Source: Acidobacteria bacterium bin61
GTDB lineage: Bacteria; Acidobacteriota; Vicinamibacteria; Marinacidobacterales; Marinacidobacteraceae
DNA length: 64,000 nt
Assembly: GCA_002238705.1 (NCBI GenBank)
Contig: MPMW01000002.1
Location: forward strand, 462-64,461
Direction of reading: 5' to 3'
A program made the translations under genes and the position numbers. Numbering within the stretch: the first letter of the stretch is position 1; each line of letters starts with the position of its first letter. The notes under the pieces are model-generated. The model did no database searches, was not told the DNA's origin, and worked only from the letters and a program-made list of their open reading frames with translations. Shown piece by piece: positions 40,198 to 49,620 of the stretch.

Positions 40198-40842
40198 ATG
40201 AGACTGCCGATCGCTCCGGAGGGCAGGAGGTTCGTGGCGGCGCCCCTCACGCTGGCGTTGCTGGCACTCGCGGTGGCCGGCGTTGCCGGCGGCGAGTTCC
40301 TTGTCTGGTGCGGCTGGGCGCTGCTCTTCGGAGCTGCCTTCTGCGCGTTCTTCTTCCGAGACCCGGAGCGGCGCCCTCCGGGTGACCGATCGGCGCTCCT
40401 CGCGCCGGCGGACGGCCGGGTCACCGAGGTAGGACCCGCGGGAGAAGGCGAGCCTGGAACCCAGCGCGTGAGCATTTTCCTGTCGATCTTCGATGTCCAC
40501 ATCAACCGGGCGCCGGCCGCCGGGGAGGTACGGGCGGTGCGCTATCGTCAGGGGGCGTTCAAGGCGGCCTTCCGGAAGGACGCGGCCGACCGGAACGAGC
40601 GCAACGAGCTGGAGATGACGACTGAGCGGGGCATGATCCGGATTCGTCAGATCGCCGGAGTCGTCGCCCGCCGGATCGTTTGCCGCGTCCGGACGGGGGA
40701 CCGCTTGGCGCTGGGTGAACGCTTCGGACTCATCCGTTTCGGATCCCGGACCGATCTCCTGCTTCCCGGGAGTGTTCGGGTGACCGTCCGGCCCGGGGAT
40801 CGCGTGCGCGGCGGGCTCACCGTGATCGGCAAATGGGAATGA
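40198..40842 (+). CDS. psd: phosphatidylserine decarboxylase proenzyme (short form)
   Basis: FLSIFDVHINRAP block. Autocleavage-site-like FGSRT near the C-terminus. N-terminal TM segments. Overlaps pssA by 10 nt. Confidence 0.85.
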   Translation: MRLPIAPEGRRFVAAPLTLALLALAVAGVAGGEFLVWCGWALLFGAAFCAFFFRDPERRPPGDRSALLAPADGRVTEVGPAGEGEPGTQRVSIFLSIFDVHINRAPAAGEVRAVRYRQGAFKAAFRKDAADRNERNELEMTTERGMIRIRQIAGVVARRIVCRVRTGDRLALGERFGLIRFGSRTDLLLPGSVRVTVRPGDRVRGGLTVIGKWE

Positions 40843-41654
40843 AGCGGCAGCGACTCCGGACGCGGGGTGGTGTCTTCCTGCTTCCGGCGGTCTTCACGGT
40901 CGCCAACATATTTCTCGGGTTCTTTTCCATCGTCCAGAGCTTTCGCGGGGAGTTCGGGAGCGCCGGATTGATCATCGGTTTTGCCATCCTGGCGGACGTG
41001 GTGGACGGTCGGGTGGCCCGGTTCGCCGGCGCAACCAGCGAGTTCGGCCGCGAACTGGATTCGCTCGCGGACGTGGTTTCGTTCGGGGTGGCGCCCGCGG
41101 TGCTCGCCTACGCGTGGGTCCTCCTTCGCTGGCCGCAGATCGGGTGGCTGGTGGCCGCGCTCTTCACCATCTGTGCTGCGGTCCGCCTCGCCCGCTTCAA
41201 CGTGGGGCGACTCGACGCGGACCCGCGCTACTACACGGGAATGTCCTCGCCAGCCGCGGCCGCCGTGGTCGGGGCGGTCACCTACTGGCATCCGGCACCT
41301 CCGGAGAACTCGCTGGCGGCGGCCGTGTGCCTTTTCGGAACCCTGGGGCTCGCCCTGCTGATGAACAGCCCCGTGCGCTATCCGAGCTTCAAGAGTCAGA
41401 CGGGACGGAGACCGCAGTCCCATCGGACGCTGGTCGTGCTGGCGGTGTTCATCGTGGCCACGATTGCGGAGCCGGTCGCGATGTTCCTGGTTCTTTCCTT
41501 CGGATATGCGGCCGCGCCCCTGATCCGTGGGCTCCGCGGATTGGGCGGGCGCCTCATCGGGTCGCCCTCGGGCGCCCCTGGGAAGGAGGACCGGGTGGCG
41601 CTGGGGCGCGAGAGCGCGGCTGCGAGCAGCGACCGGCCGGCGGACACTCCATAG
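40833..41654 (+). CDS. pssA: CDP-diacylglycerol--serine O-phosphatidyltransferase
   Basis: CDP-alcohol PT motif DVVDGRVARFAGATSEFGRELDSLADVVSFGVAP. Multi-TM. Directly follows psd. Confidence 0.85.
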   Translation: MGMKRQRLRTRGGVFLLPAVFTVANIFLGFFSIVQSFRGEFGSAGLIIGFAILADVVDGRVARFAGATSEFGRELDSLADVVSFGVAPAVLAYAWVLLRWPQIGWLVAALFTICAAVRLARFNVGRLDADPRYYTGMSSPAAAAVVGAVTYWHPAPPENSLAAAVCLFGTLGLALLMNSPVRYPSFKSQTGRRPQSHRTLVVLAVFIVATIAEPVAMFLVLSFGYAAAPLIRGLRGLGGRLIGSPSGAPGKEDRVALGRESAAASSDRPADTP

Positions 41655-41697
41655 ACAGCCCGGCGGCACGGCCGCCCGCAGCGCTCGGGGTGTGCTG

Positions 41698-42192
41698 CTA
41701 CTGCGTCCAGGCGGTGAACTCGCGAATCTGCCAGCGGGGTTGCGGGTTTCCCGCGGGTCCCGGGGCAACCTGTTCCAGCCCGATTCGGAAGGCCTCCACC
41801 ACGTAGCGGTCGGTGCCGGTCGCCATACTGGTCCACTCCGGCACGAAGAGAACGTATCCGCCGTCGGCCGCACGGCGGATGGAGCGCGGCCGCTCGGCGT
41901 AGCGGATGGGCGTCCGATCACGGAAGAACCGCTCCAGCCCGCGCCGCAACTCCTCTCCGGAGGCGCTTCGCCGGGATTCACCGGCGAACGCCACGAGGGC
42001 CCAACCCGGCGGATAGAGGCCTTCGAGATGGCTGGCGTCGGCCTCTTCGAACGCCCGCCGGAACCGTCCCAGGACCTCCTCGAGATCTTCGGGCGGTGAG
42101 GGGGCGGGAGCGCAGAGAGCGGATCCCAGAATCGTTCCGGCAAGCAGGAAAACGGCCCAGCGAGGGTTCCTCGATCCGCCGGCGGTGCTCAT
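41698..42192 (-). CDS. secreted NTF2-like (DUF4440/SnoaL-like) hypothetical protein
   Basis: ATG at 42190-42192 overlaps the histidine-kinase stop (TGATG). Signal peptide MSTAGGSRNPRWAVFLLAGTILGSALCAPAPS. The ~130-aa body has the FRRAFEEADASHLEGLY pattern. Confidence 0.55.
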   Translation of the reverse strand: MSTAGGSRNPRWAVFLLAGTILGSALCAPAPSPPEDLEEVLGRFRRAFEEADASHLEGLYPPGWALVAFAGESRRSASGEELRRGLERFFRDRTPIRYAERPRSIRRAADGGYVLFVPEWTSMATGTDRYVVEAFRIGLEQVAPGPAGNPQPRWQIREFTAWTQ

Positions 42193-45100
42193 CACGCTTC
42201 CCTCTTCCGCGGACCTGCTGTCGGGAGCTCCACGGTGAGGAGCAGCCCTGACCTTCCATCGGCGCGCGGGCCGGCGCTCACTCTCCCGCCGTGGGCCTCG
42301 GTGAAGCGGCGGGCATTGGCGAGACCGAGACCCGATCCGCGGGTCCTCGTCGAGAAGGCGGCGTCGAAGATCCTCTCCCGGAGCCCCTTCGGGACGCCGG
42401 GCCCGTTGTCCTCGACCTCGACGTGAACCCACCGGTCACGGCGTACCGGGAACACCCGCACCGAAACCTCCGCCTCGTCGGACGTTAGTTCCGGAAAGTC
42501 ATGGGTGGCCTCCAGCGCGTTTTGCAGCAGGTTCTCGACGATTCGGGCGACGATCTCGGGATCGACGCGTGCTGCCGGCGTCGGTGAGCCCGCAAAACTG
42601 ACGCGGGGGCGAACGTTGGGCCGGCGATACGGGCCCACCGTCTCCTCGACCAGCTTCGTGACGTCCGTTTCTTCGAGCCGGAGGGGCGCTCCGAGCGCGG
42701 AGAACTCCGACGAAATACGGCGGAGACGTTCAACCTGGTCGAGGATCTCGGAGACGCTCTCGTCTACCGCCCGCTGCGGATCCTCGCCCCGCGGCTCCCG
42801 CTGTACCCTTTGGATGTAGTCCGCCGCGAGTCCGATGGGAGCCAGCGCGTTCTTGATGTCGTGGGCGACCCGGCGGGCGAGATCAGCTGCCGCTTCCTCC
42901 CGCATCCGCCGGCGGACGTCGGGGATTCGCCGCACCAGCCGTTCCACGCTCGCCGCGAGCAACCGCAGCTCGGTCAGCGTGCCATGGACGGGAACGCGGG
43001 CCTGGAGATCGCCGTCGGCAATCCGGCCGGTTGCCCGCGCCAGCCCCCGAACCGGCGCGGCGAGCCGCCGGGCGACGAGTGCGGGCAACACGATGGCGAA
43101 GATCAGCGCCAGGGAACCGCTCCCGAGGATGAGCGTGCGCTGAATGGCCCGGACGCTCTCGAGACGGGCGGCCTCATCCGCCGGCAGGGGAACGGCGAGA
43201 AGCAACGGACCGTGCAGGCGGGTGGGAGCGTCCAACCGGATCCACACGATGCGGTACCGGAGTGAGCCGGCGTCCTGAATGCTCAGGAAGGGTTCGGGGG
43301 AGGGCGAGGGAAGGATGGCCGCCGGAGGAGGGCGTGGCGGGAGGAGCCCGGTCTGTGCCAGTTCGGGGCGGCTCACCGCGACCAGTTCCCCGCCGTTGTA
43401 GAGCGCGGCATCCGTATCCAGCTGATCCGCCGCCTGGGCGAGGCGCAATGCGAGTTCCTCCCGCGCCACCAGGGGATCGAGTGCGGCAAGTTCCTGCGCC
43501 ACCCGCTGTACCGAGAAGGATCGCGAGATCGCTTCCCGGTCGCTGGTTGACTGCAACAGGACCCCGAGCCGTTGTTGCGCGAAGACCGCCACGCCGAGAA
43601 TCGCGATGAGTACCGCCGCCGCCAGGGTTTCCGTCAACTGCATCTGGAAACTGCGTCTCCGTAGACGGCCTCCGCCATGCGGAAAGAGGAGGCGGGTGCG
43701 CGCCCCTACCGCCACGAGCAGGGCCATCAGAGCGGCGAGAAAGCCCCAGCCGAGGAGCGCCGCGGCGTGGTCGGCGAGGCTCGTCCGCCGCCAGGAGACC
43801 ACGAAGGGCTCGCCGTGCACCAGTACCCCGAAACCAACCCGCTGCTCCTCCCGCTCGGCGGGCAGGCTGGAGCGGCGACCGAGCCGGAGGTCTCTTCCGC
43901 GGAACACGGCCAGCGCCGCGTCGCCGCGCAGCAGAAAGTGATCGGCGATCCCCGCTGCCCGGGGCAGGAAAGGGATCTCCGACGCGCGGTCGGCGACCCG
44001 CAGCGTCACGCTCAACCCGGAGGGGAACTGGCGTTCGGTTGCGAGGACCGCTTCGATGCCGGGGTTCGCCTCGCATCCCGGGACGGGGCTCCAGCGGGGC
44101 GGGGAGGGCGCTGAAGAGGGAGGATCAGGCCGGCGGGGGAGGCCCACGGCGAATCGTGAGCGCCCGCCACCCGGCCCCCAAACTTCCAATTCGCTCGCGA
44201 CCGTCAGGCGCGGGAGCCCCGTTGCGAGCCACAGCCGGTACGCGGTGTCCGGGCGGAGTCGCAAGAGCGAAGAGGCTTCGCCATCGAGTGTGCGCGTGGC
44301 CTCCTCGAGCGCGTGGCAGACTGCAAAGCGGTGCCTCAGGGTCTGGACGGGGACCGCGTCCAGCGCGTAACGCTGGCGCACGTTGTCCTCGTGCCACACC
44401 ATCGCGGGATAGAGAAGGACGGGAGGGACGGCGAAAAGCAGGAAAGCGACGAGGAAAGAGAAACCCGGTTCATGCGTGACCAGCGGTCGCCTGAGATGCC
44501 GGAGGGACAGCCGTCCACGGCGCCAGAAGACCACGGCGGTGCCCGCCAGGAGAGGGAGTCCGGCGAACAGGAACGACCCCCCGGGCAGAACTGCGACGGA
44601 AACGGCAATGACCGCGGCCGCAGCCACCATTACCGGGATCTCCGGCCGCAGGAGGCTCTGGAGAAGCAGAAGCAATCCGGCCAGAGCGAGAAGCAGGGCT
44701 ACCCAGCCGAGCACCTCCGGCCACCGGGTGTGGAGGGCCCAGGTAGGGGTAAGCGGTGCGCCCCCCGCAAATCCCGCGCTCCGGACGAGAGCGGCGGCGG
44801 CCACCGCCGTCCCGCCCGCGCCGAGGCCGCGCAGGAGTGCGTGGACGCCTCCTGCCGTCTTGCTTCTGGAGCCGGGGCGGAGCCGGGTCGCGACGATTCG
44901 CGCCGAAACCAGCAGGGCTGCCGCCGTCACGGCCGCCATGAGCGGCGAGTCGCCAAGTACCGGCAGGAGGGGCGTGTCCGAGAGGAAGGCCGGAAGCGCG
45001 GCGCCCGGGCCCGAGGGCAGGGTGCCGAACAGTGCCGAGAGACTGAATCTCAGAGTCCAGATCGCCGCGAGCCTCCCGAGGTCTCCCGAGCGCCAGAGCC

Positions 45101-46145
45101 CGGGAAGAGCGGCGAGAGTACCGAGCAGAAGCGCCAGAGTCGCGTAGAGAGCGGCTTCCGCTTCCCGTTCCGCGCGGCGCGCCGCGACGGGCGCGACGGC
45201 GGTGCTGGCGGCGCCGAGCAGTTGACCGTCGTACGCCCGGAGGGCGAAGTAGTACCGCTGCCCGTCGGCAGCACCGTCGAGAAAGCGGTCGCCGCGCCGC
45301 TCGAAGAGCTGAGCCAGGGCTTCGAAGTCCTCGGCTCCGTCCAGAAACTGCGTTTCGAGGCCCCGTCCGGCCGCGGATTCGAGCGCCGAGAGCGGAGCGG
45401 CGCCGGAGGAGGGAGGGGACGCTTCCCGGAGGGGCACTTCGACCGTGACGAGACCGAGGAGATTCCGGGTGCATTCCGCGGCAGCCAGGTAGTTGCGCCG
45501 GCCTCCCTCGCTATAGACGAAGAGCGGAAACGCCGGATCCGGACAGTGTTCCTCCCGGACGCCGTCGGGAAAGACCTCCCCGAGCGACGCCTCGAAATCC
45601 GGGTTCCCGCCGGACCAGGCGACCGGCCGCAGTTGCCGGTCATAGAGCGTTGCCCCGGCGTCGCCGATCCCGGTTCCGGGAAGCACCCACTCGGCGAGAG
45701 CACGGAAGGCCTGGGACTCGGTATCCCCGGCGTCCGAGCCCTCGAGCGCGGCGGCCACCTCCGGAGTCCGAGCCACCAGGTAGGCGGAATCGCCTACCTC
45801 CCGGGTGAGGTCGGCCAGAAAGCCGTCTACCCGGTCTGCCGCCCGGGCAGCCGATTCCGGACCTGCCGTGATCGTTCGACTCAGCGGGATGCGGCAACCG
45901 AGGGCCAGGAGTGCCGCCCCGGCCACGATCACGACGGTGCGCCGGGTACCGGAGCTCAGGAGATCGCGCCGGATCAGGGGGACGATCACCACCACCGCCG
46001 CACCCGCGGCCAGGATGGCGTGAACAGCCCCGGGCAAGGCGGTGAACCGGTTCGCGGCGTCGGCAAGCCCGGCCGCGAACAGCGCGAAGGCTCCCGCGAC
46101 CATCAGGAAAGGCGGCAGACGACGCGTCTTCATGCCTCGATTCAC
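42192..46145 (-). CDS. large multi-TM sensor histidine kinase (HAMP–HisKA–HATPase_c), no adjacent response regulator
   Basis: 1317 aa. ~10 hydrophobic segments and two large extracytoplasmic loops. Then HAMP (RLAAPVRGLARATGRIADGDL), H-box VAHDIKNALAPI, N/G1/G2 boxes (LQNALEAT...VEDNGPGVP...GSGLGLA). Confidence 0.85.
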   Translation of the reverse strand: MNRGMKTRRLPPFLMVAGAFALFAAGLADAANRFTALPGAVHAILAAGAAVVVIVPLIRRDLLSSGTRRTVVIVAGAALLALGCRIPLSRTITAGPESAARAADRVDGFLADLTREVGDSAYLVARTPEVAAALEGSDAGDTESQAFRALAEWVLPGTGIGDAGATLYDRQLRPVAWSGGNPDFEASLGEVFPDGVREEHCPDPAFPLFVYSEGGRRNYLAAAECTRNLLGLVTVEVPLREASPPSSGAAPLSALESAAGRGLETQFLDGAEDFEALAQLFERRGDRFLDGAADGQRYYFALRAYDGQLLGAASTAVAPVAARRAEREAEAALYATLALLLGTLAALPGLWRSGDLGRLAAIWTLRFSLSALFGTLPSGPGAALPAFLSDTPLLPVLGDSPLMAAVTAAALLVSARIVATRLRPGSRSKTAGGVHALLRGLGAGGTAVAAAALVRSAGFAGGAPLTPTWALHTRWPEVLGWVALLLALAGLLLLLQSLLRPEIPVMVAAAAVIAVSVAVLPGGSFLFAGLPLLAGTAVVFWRRGRLSLRHLRRPLVTHEPGFSFLVAFLLFAVPPVLLYPAMVWHEDNVRQRYALDAVPVQTLRHRFAVCHALEEATRTLDGEASSLLRLRPDTAYRLWLATGLPRLTVASELEVWGPGGGRSRFAVGLPRRPDPPSSAPSPPRWSPVPGCEANPGIEAVLATERQFPSGLSVTLRVADRASEIPFLPRAAGIADHFLLRGDAALAVFRGRDLRLGRRSSLPAEREEQRVGFGVLVHGEPFVVSWRRTSLADHAAALLGWGFLAALMALLVAVGARTRLLFPHGGGRLRRRSFQMQLTETLAAAVLIAILGVAVFAQQRLGVLLQSTSDREAISRSFSVQRVAQELAALDPLVAREELALRLAQAADQLDTDAALYNGGELVAVSRPELAQTGLLPPRPPPAAILPSPSPEPFLSIQDAGSLRYRIVWIRLDAPTRLHGPLLLAVPLPADEAARLESVRAIQRTLILGSGSLALIFAIVLPALVARRLAAPVRGLARATGRIADGDLQARVPVHGTLTELRLLAASVERLVRRIPDVRRRMREEAAADLARRVAHDIKNALAPIGLAADYIQRVQREPRGEDPQRAVDESVSEILDQVERLRRISSEFSALGAPLRLEETDVTKLVEETVGPYRRPNVRPRVSFAGSPTPAARVDPEIVARIVENLLQNALEATHDFPELTSDEAEVSVRVFPVRRDRWVHVEVEDNGPGVPKGLRERIFDAAFSTRTRGSGLGLANARRFTEAHGGRVSAGPRADGRSGLLLTVELPTAGPRKREA

Positions 46146-46236
46146 AGGCTGCTAGGGTAAAGGTTCGTCTGGCTCCCCCCGGTCGCCGGCCTGCCCTCCG
46201 CATGCAGAATGCGGGCCAGGCGAACCACACGAAAAG

Positions 46237-47805
46237 GTGCGCGCGCGTCCCCGTCGAAACGCTCCGGCGAGCAGCCTCTTCGCTGCGGCCGCGGGGTTCC
46301 TGACCGTGGTGTTGGTCGTCGGCTCGGGCGTGGCCCGCGCTGGGCAAGGTCCTTTCTCGGAGCCGGCGGTGGCCGCGCCCCGCTGGCAGCCGCCCGAACA
46401 GCCGCCTGCTCAACCTCCCGAGCCGCAACCGCCGGGAGAAGAGGAGGAAGCTGAAGCACCGGAGGCGCCGGCCGAGGCCGAATCTCCCACCGAGGAGTCG
46501 GTCTCGGATGAGACCCCCGCCGGGGAAGCCCCCGGCGAAGCGGCGCCGGAGGGCGGCGAAACGGAGGGAGAAGAGCCCGAGGAAGACGGTGGGGGTTCGG
46601 GAAGGCGAGCGCCGGAGGTCGTTGCCGCGCCGGCGGGAATCCTCCCCGGCCGCATGATGGCGGCTCCGGCGCCCGCTCCGGGGGCCTCGGTCATCGGGAT
46701 GATCCTGGAAGACGACGGATTCCTCCTGCACGCGGCGAGCGGCGAGGTCATCGCCTACGAACCCGACGGGCAGGCCGCCCGGTGGGGCCTTCCCGAAGCC
46801 GGCGCGGCCTTCGTCGCGAGAGATTCCGAGACGGTCGTGCTGCTCGACAGGAACGGTGACGTGGCGCTGCGCCGCATCTCGGACGGAGTCCGGGTCGGAG
46901 GATTCTCCAGCGGATTCGTGCCCGATCACGCGAGCCTTGCCGGGTCGCTGCCCGAATCGGAGTCCGCATCGGAGCCCGAATGGGAGCCCGCATCGGAGCC
47001 GGGATCGGAGCCCGTATCGGAACTCGGTCCGGCGCCGGCCGCGCTGGCGGACGGGGTGCTCTACTGGGTATCGGCCGGAACCCTCCGGGGATTCCGGATT
47101 CCGGCCGGCAATCCGGTCCTGGAAGTGGAGCTTCCCGACGGGGAGGCGTCCAGCGTGGTGGTGGCGCCGGCCGGCGACGCGTCCGCGGAAGCCCACTTTC
47201 CACTCCTGCTGGTCTCCCTCGGCAGTGGTGGTCTGGTGGCGGTGGCGTCATCCCCGGGAACGACCGGCGGTGTGGTCCGCTGGCAGGCGGCGGGGGCGGG
47301 CCCGGTGACCGGTCCCGCCCTGGTGTTTCCCGCCGAACAGTTGGCGTTCTTCGGAGACGAGGGAGGGGATCTCACCGCGGTGCATCTGGAAACCGGCCGG
47401 CAGCGGTGGCGCTGGAGACTCGCGGAAGGCTTTCACCATCCGCCGCTGCTGAGTCGCGGGCGCCTCTACGCGGCCACGAAGGCAAACAGCCTCTATTGCT
47501 TCGACGCCAAACGAGGGGGCGAGCGTTGGCGCGCGGCGCTTCCGGGGCGGCCGGCGGCGTCCCCGCTCCGGATCGCCGGCGCCGTCGTAGTGGTCACGCA
47601 GGACGGGTTGCTGGTCGAGGTGAACGCGGAGACGGGCGCGCGGATCGGCCGTCCTCGCGATCTCGATGCCGAAGTCCTGGGGGTGGTGCGCCGGCTGGGG
47701 GACGGCGCCAGCGAGGAGGGATGGCGTGAACGCCGCCTCTTTCTGGGCCTCCGCGACGGGCGGCTGGCTGTTTTCGGCCCACGGATCGGCGGCGAAGCCC
47801 CCTGA
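46237..47805 (+). CDS. secreted PQQ-like beta-propeller repeat protein with acidic low-complexity linker
   Basis: Signal peptide. A ~90-aa E/P/A-rich linker ([36 protein letters not shown]...). C-terminal repeats with [14 protein letters not shown] / GRQRWRWRL of the PQQ/BamB-like type. Confidence 0.7.
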   Translation: MRARPRRNAPASSLFAAAAGFLTVVLVVGSGVARAGQGPFSEPAVAAPRWQPPEQPPAQPPEPQPPGEEEEAEAPEAPAEAESPTEESVSDETPAGEAPGEAAPEGGETEGEEPEEDGGGSGRRAPEVVAAPAGILPGRMMAAPAPAPGASVIGMILEDDGFLLHAASGEVIAYEPDGQAARWGLPEAGAAFVARDSETVVLLDRNGDVALRRISDGVRVGGFSSGFVPDHASLAGSLPESESASEPEWEPASEPGSEPVSELGPAPAALADGVLYWVSAGTLRGFRIPAGNPVLEVELPDGEASSVVVAPAGDASAEAHFPLLLVSLGSGGLVAVASSPGTTGGVVRWQAAGAGPVTGPALVFPAEQLAFFGDEGGDLTAVHLETGRQRWRWRLAEGFHHPPLLSRGRLYAATKANSLYCFDAKRGGERWRAALPGRPAASPLRIAGAVVVVTQDGLLVEVNAETGARIGRPRDLDAEVLGVVRRLGDGASEEGWRERRLFLGLRDGRLAVFGPRIGGEAP

Positions 47806-48027
47806 CCGGCGACGGGCCGGACGCGGGTTCCTCGGACAGAGGGCGAGGGACGGCCGGCGGCCTCGGGAAGGCGCCCGGCAGCGACGCAATCGGATGCGGG
47901 GATTCGTCCCTGCGAGAAGGCTGGCGGGCTTACAATTCGGACGAATGGCGCCCCCCGTTCTCCGACCCGAAGAATGGGCCAGGACCCTCCGCCCGGATGG
48001 CGGCGGGTTTCGGGTGGTGGAGCCCTG

Positions 48028-49613
48028 ATGGCGCCGGCGGAGTCGCTCCTCGTCCTCGACTTCGGCTCGCAGTACACGCAGCTGATCGCCCGCCGGCTCC
48101 GCGAAATGGGGGTGTACTGCGAGATCCTGCCGTGCACCACGCCGGACCGGGAGATCTGGGCGCGGAAACCGATCGGCGTGATTCTCTCCGGGGGGCCGGA
48201 GAGTGTCTATGGGGACGGTGCCCCCGTGGCTCCCGACGGCGTTCTCGCCCCGCCGGTTCCGGTGCTGGGGGTGTGCTACGGGATGCAGCTCCTCGCGCGC
48301 GAGAGCGGCGGGGGGGGGGGGCCGGGGCGCCCGGCGGCCTCCCGGCCGGCCGCGGGGATGTGCGGCCGGCGCCCCGGCGTTCCTACGGTCGGGCGGAGCT
48401 CGAACACAACGGGAACGGGCGGCTTTTTTCGGGGGTTCCCGAACGGTTCCGGGCCTGGGCGAGCCACGGTGACCTCGTGCACGCGCTGCCGGACGGGTTT
48501 CACCGAACGGCAGGCACCCGGCAGGCGCGGATTGCGGCGTTCGAAAGCCCCGAGCGCCGTCTGTACGGGCTGCAGTTCCATCCCGAGGTCGTCCACACCG
48601 AGCACGGCGCGGCCATCCTCCGGAATTTCGCTTTTGAGGTGTGTGGAGCGCGGGGCGGCTGGAGCCCCCGCTCGCACGCGGAGCGGACGATTGCCGCCAT
48701 CCGGGCCCAGGTGGGAGACGGCCAGGTGGTCTGCGGGGCGTCGGGCGGGGTGGACTCGACGGTCACCGCGATGCTCGTTCACCGGGCGATCGGAGAGCGC
48801 CTCCACTGCATCTTCGTGGATAACGGGGTGCTCCGGAAAGACGAAGCCGAAAGCGTCAGGTCTTCATTCGAGGAGGCTCTTGGCATCCCGCTCCAAGTGG
48901 TGGACGCCCGGGAGCGCTTTCTCACCCGGCTCAAGGGGGTGCGCAGTCCCGAGCGCAAAAGGAAGATCATCGGGCGCGAGTTCATTCGGGTCTTCGAGGA
49001 GGCGTCCCGGGAACTCCCGGACGTCCGCTTCCTGGCGCAGGGGACGCTCTATCCGGACGTCATCGAGAGCGTTTCGGTGAAGGGCCCCTCGGCCGTGATC
49101 AAGAGCCATCACAACGTGGGCGGTTTGCCGAAGCGAATGCGCCTCAAACTCATCGAACCGCTGCGGGAACTCTTCAAGGACGAAGTGCGGGTCTTGGGAC
49201 GGCAGTTGGGGGCTCCCGACGGACTCGTGGGGCGCCATCCCTTTCCAGGGCCCGGTCTGGCCGTTCGCATGCTGGGTACCGTCGAGAAGGACGGCCTCGA
49301 CGTCCTCCGCGAGGCAGATGCGATCCTCGAGGAGGAAATCCGGTCCGCCGGCTGCTACGACCGCATCTGGCAGGCGTTCGTGGTGCTCCTGCCCCTTCGT
49401 ACGGTAGGGGTGATGGGGGACGCGCGCACGTACGAGCGGGTTGCGGTCATCCGCGCGGTGGAGAGCCGCGACGGAATGACTGCCGATTGGGCCGCGTTGC
49501 CCCACGAACTCCTGGTCCGGGTGTCGAACCGGATTACCGGCGAGGTGCGGGGGGTGAATCGGGTCGTTCTCGACATCACCTCCAAGCCGCCGGGCACGAT
49601 CGAGTGGGAGTGA
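48028..49613 (+). CDS. guaA: GMP synthase (glutamine-hydrolysing), reading frame broken by a poly-G run
   Basis: The GATase domain ([17 protein letters not shown]...[17 protein letters not shown]) is in one frame up to ~48300. After ggcgggggggggggggcc the rest ([10 protein letters not shown]...[10 protein letters not shown]...KPPGTIEWE) continues in a second frame to the stop at 49611-49613. Confidence 0.8.
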
Positions 49614-49620
49614 GGCTCCC

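Noticed and set aside
46136-46160. Sequence cacaggctgct at the HK start, matching the repeat terminus ccacaggctgct.
   Set aside because: Only 11 nt match, and the match overlaps the kinase start codon. It is too short to distinguish from chance.
47806-48027. 222-nt intergenic region upstream of guaA as a possible riboswitch or 6S-like RNA.
   Set aside because: No recognisable purine-riboswitch or other conserved aptamer motifs by eye. Left unassigned.
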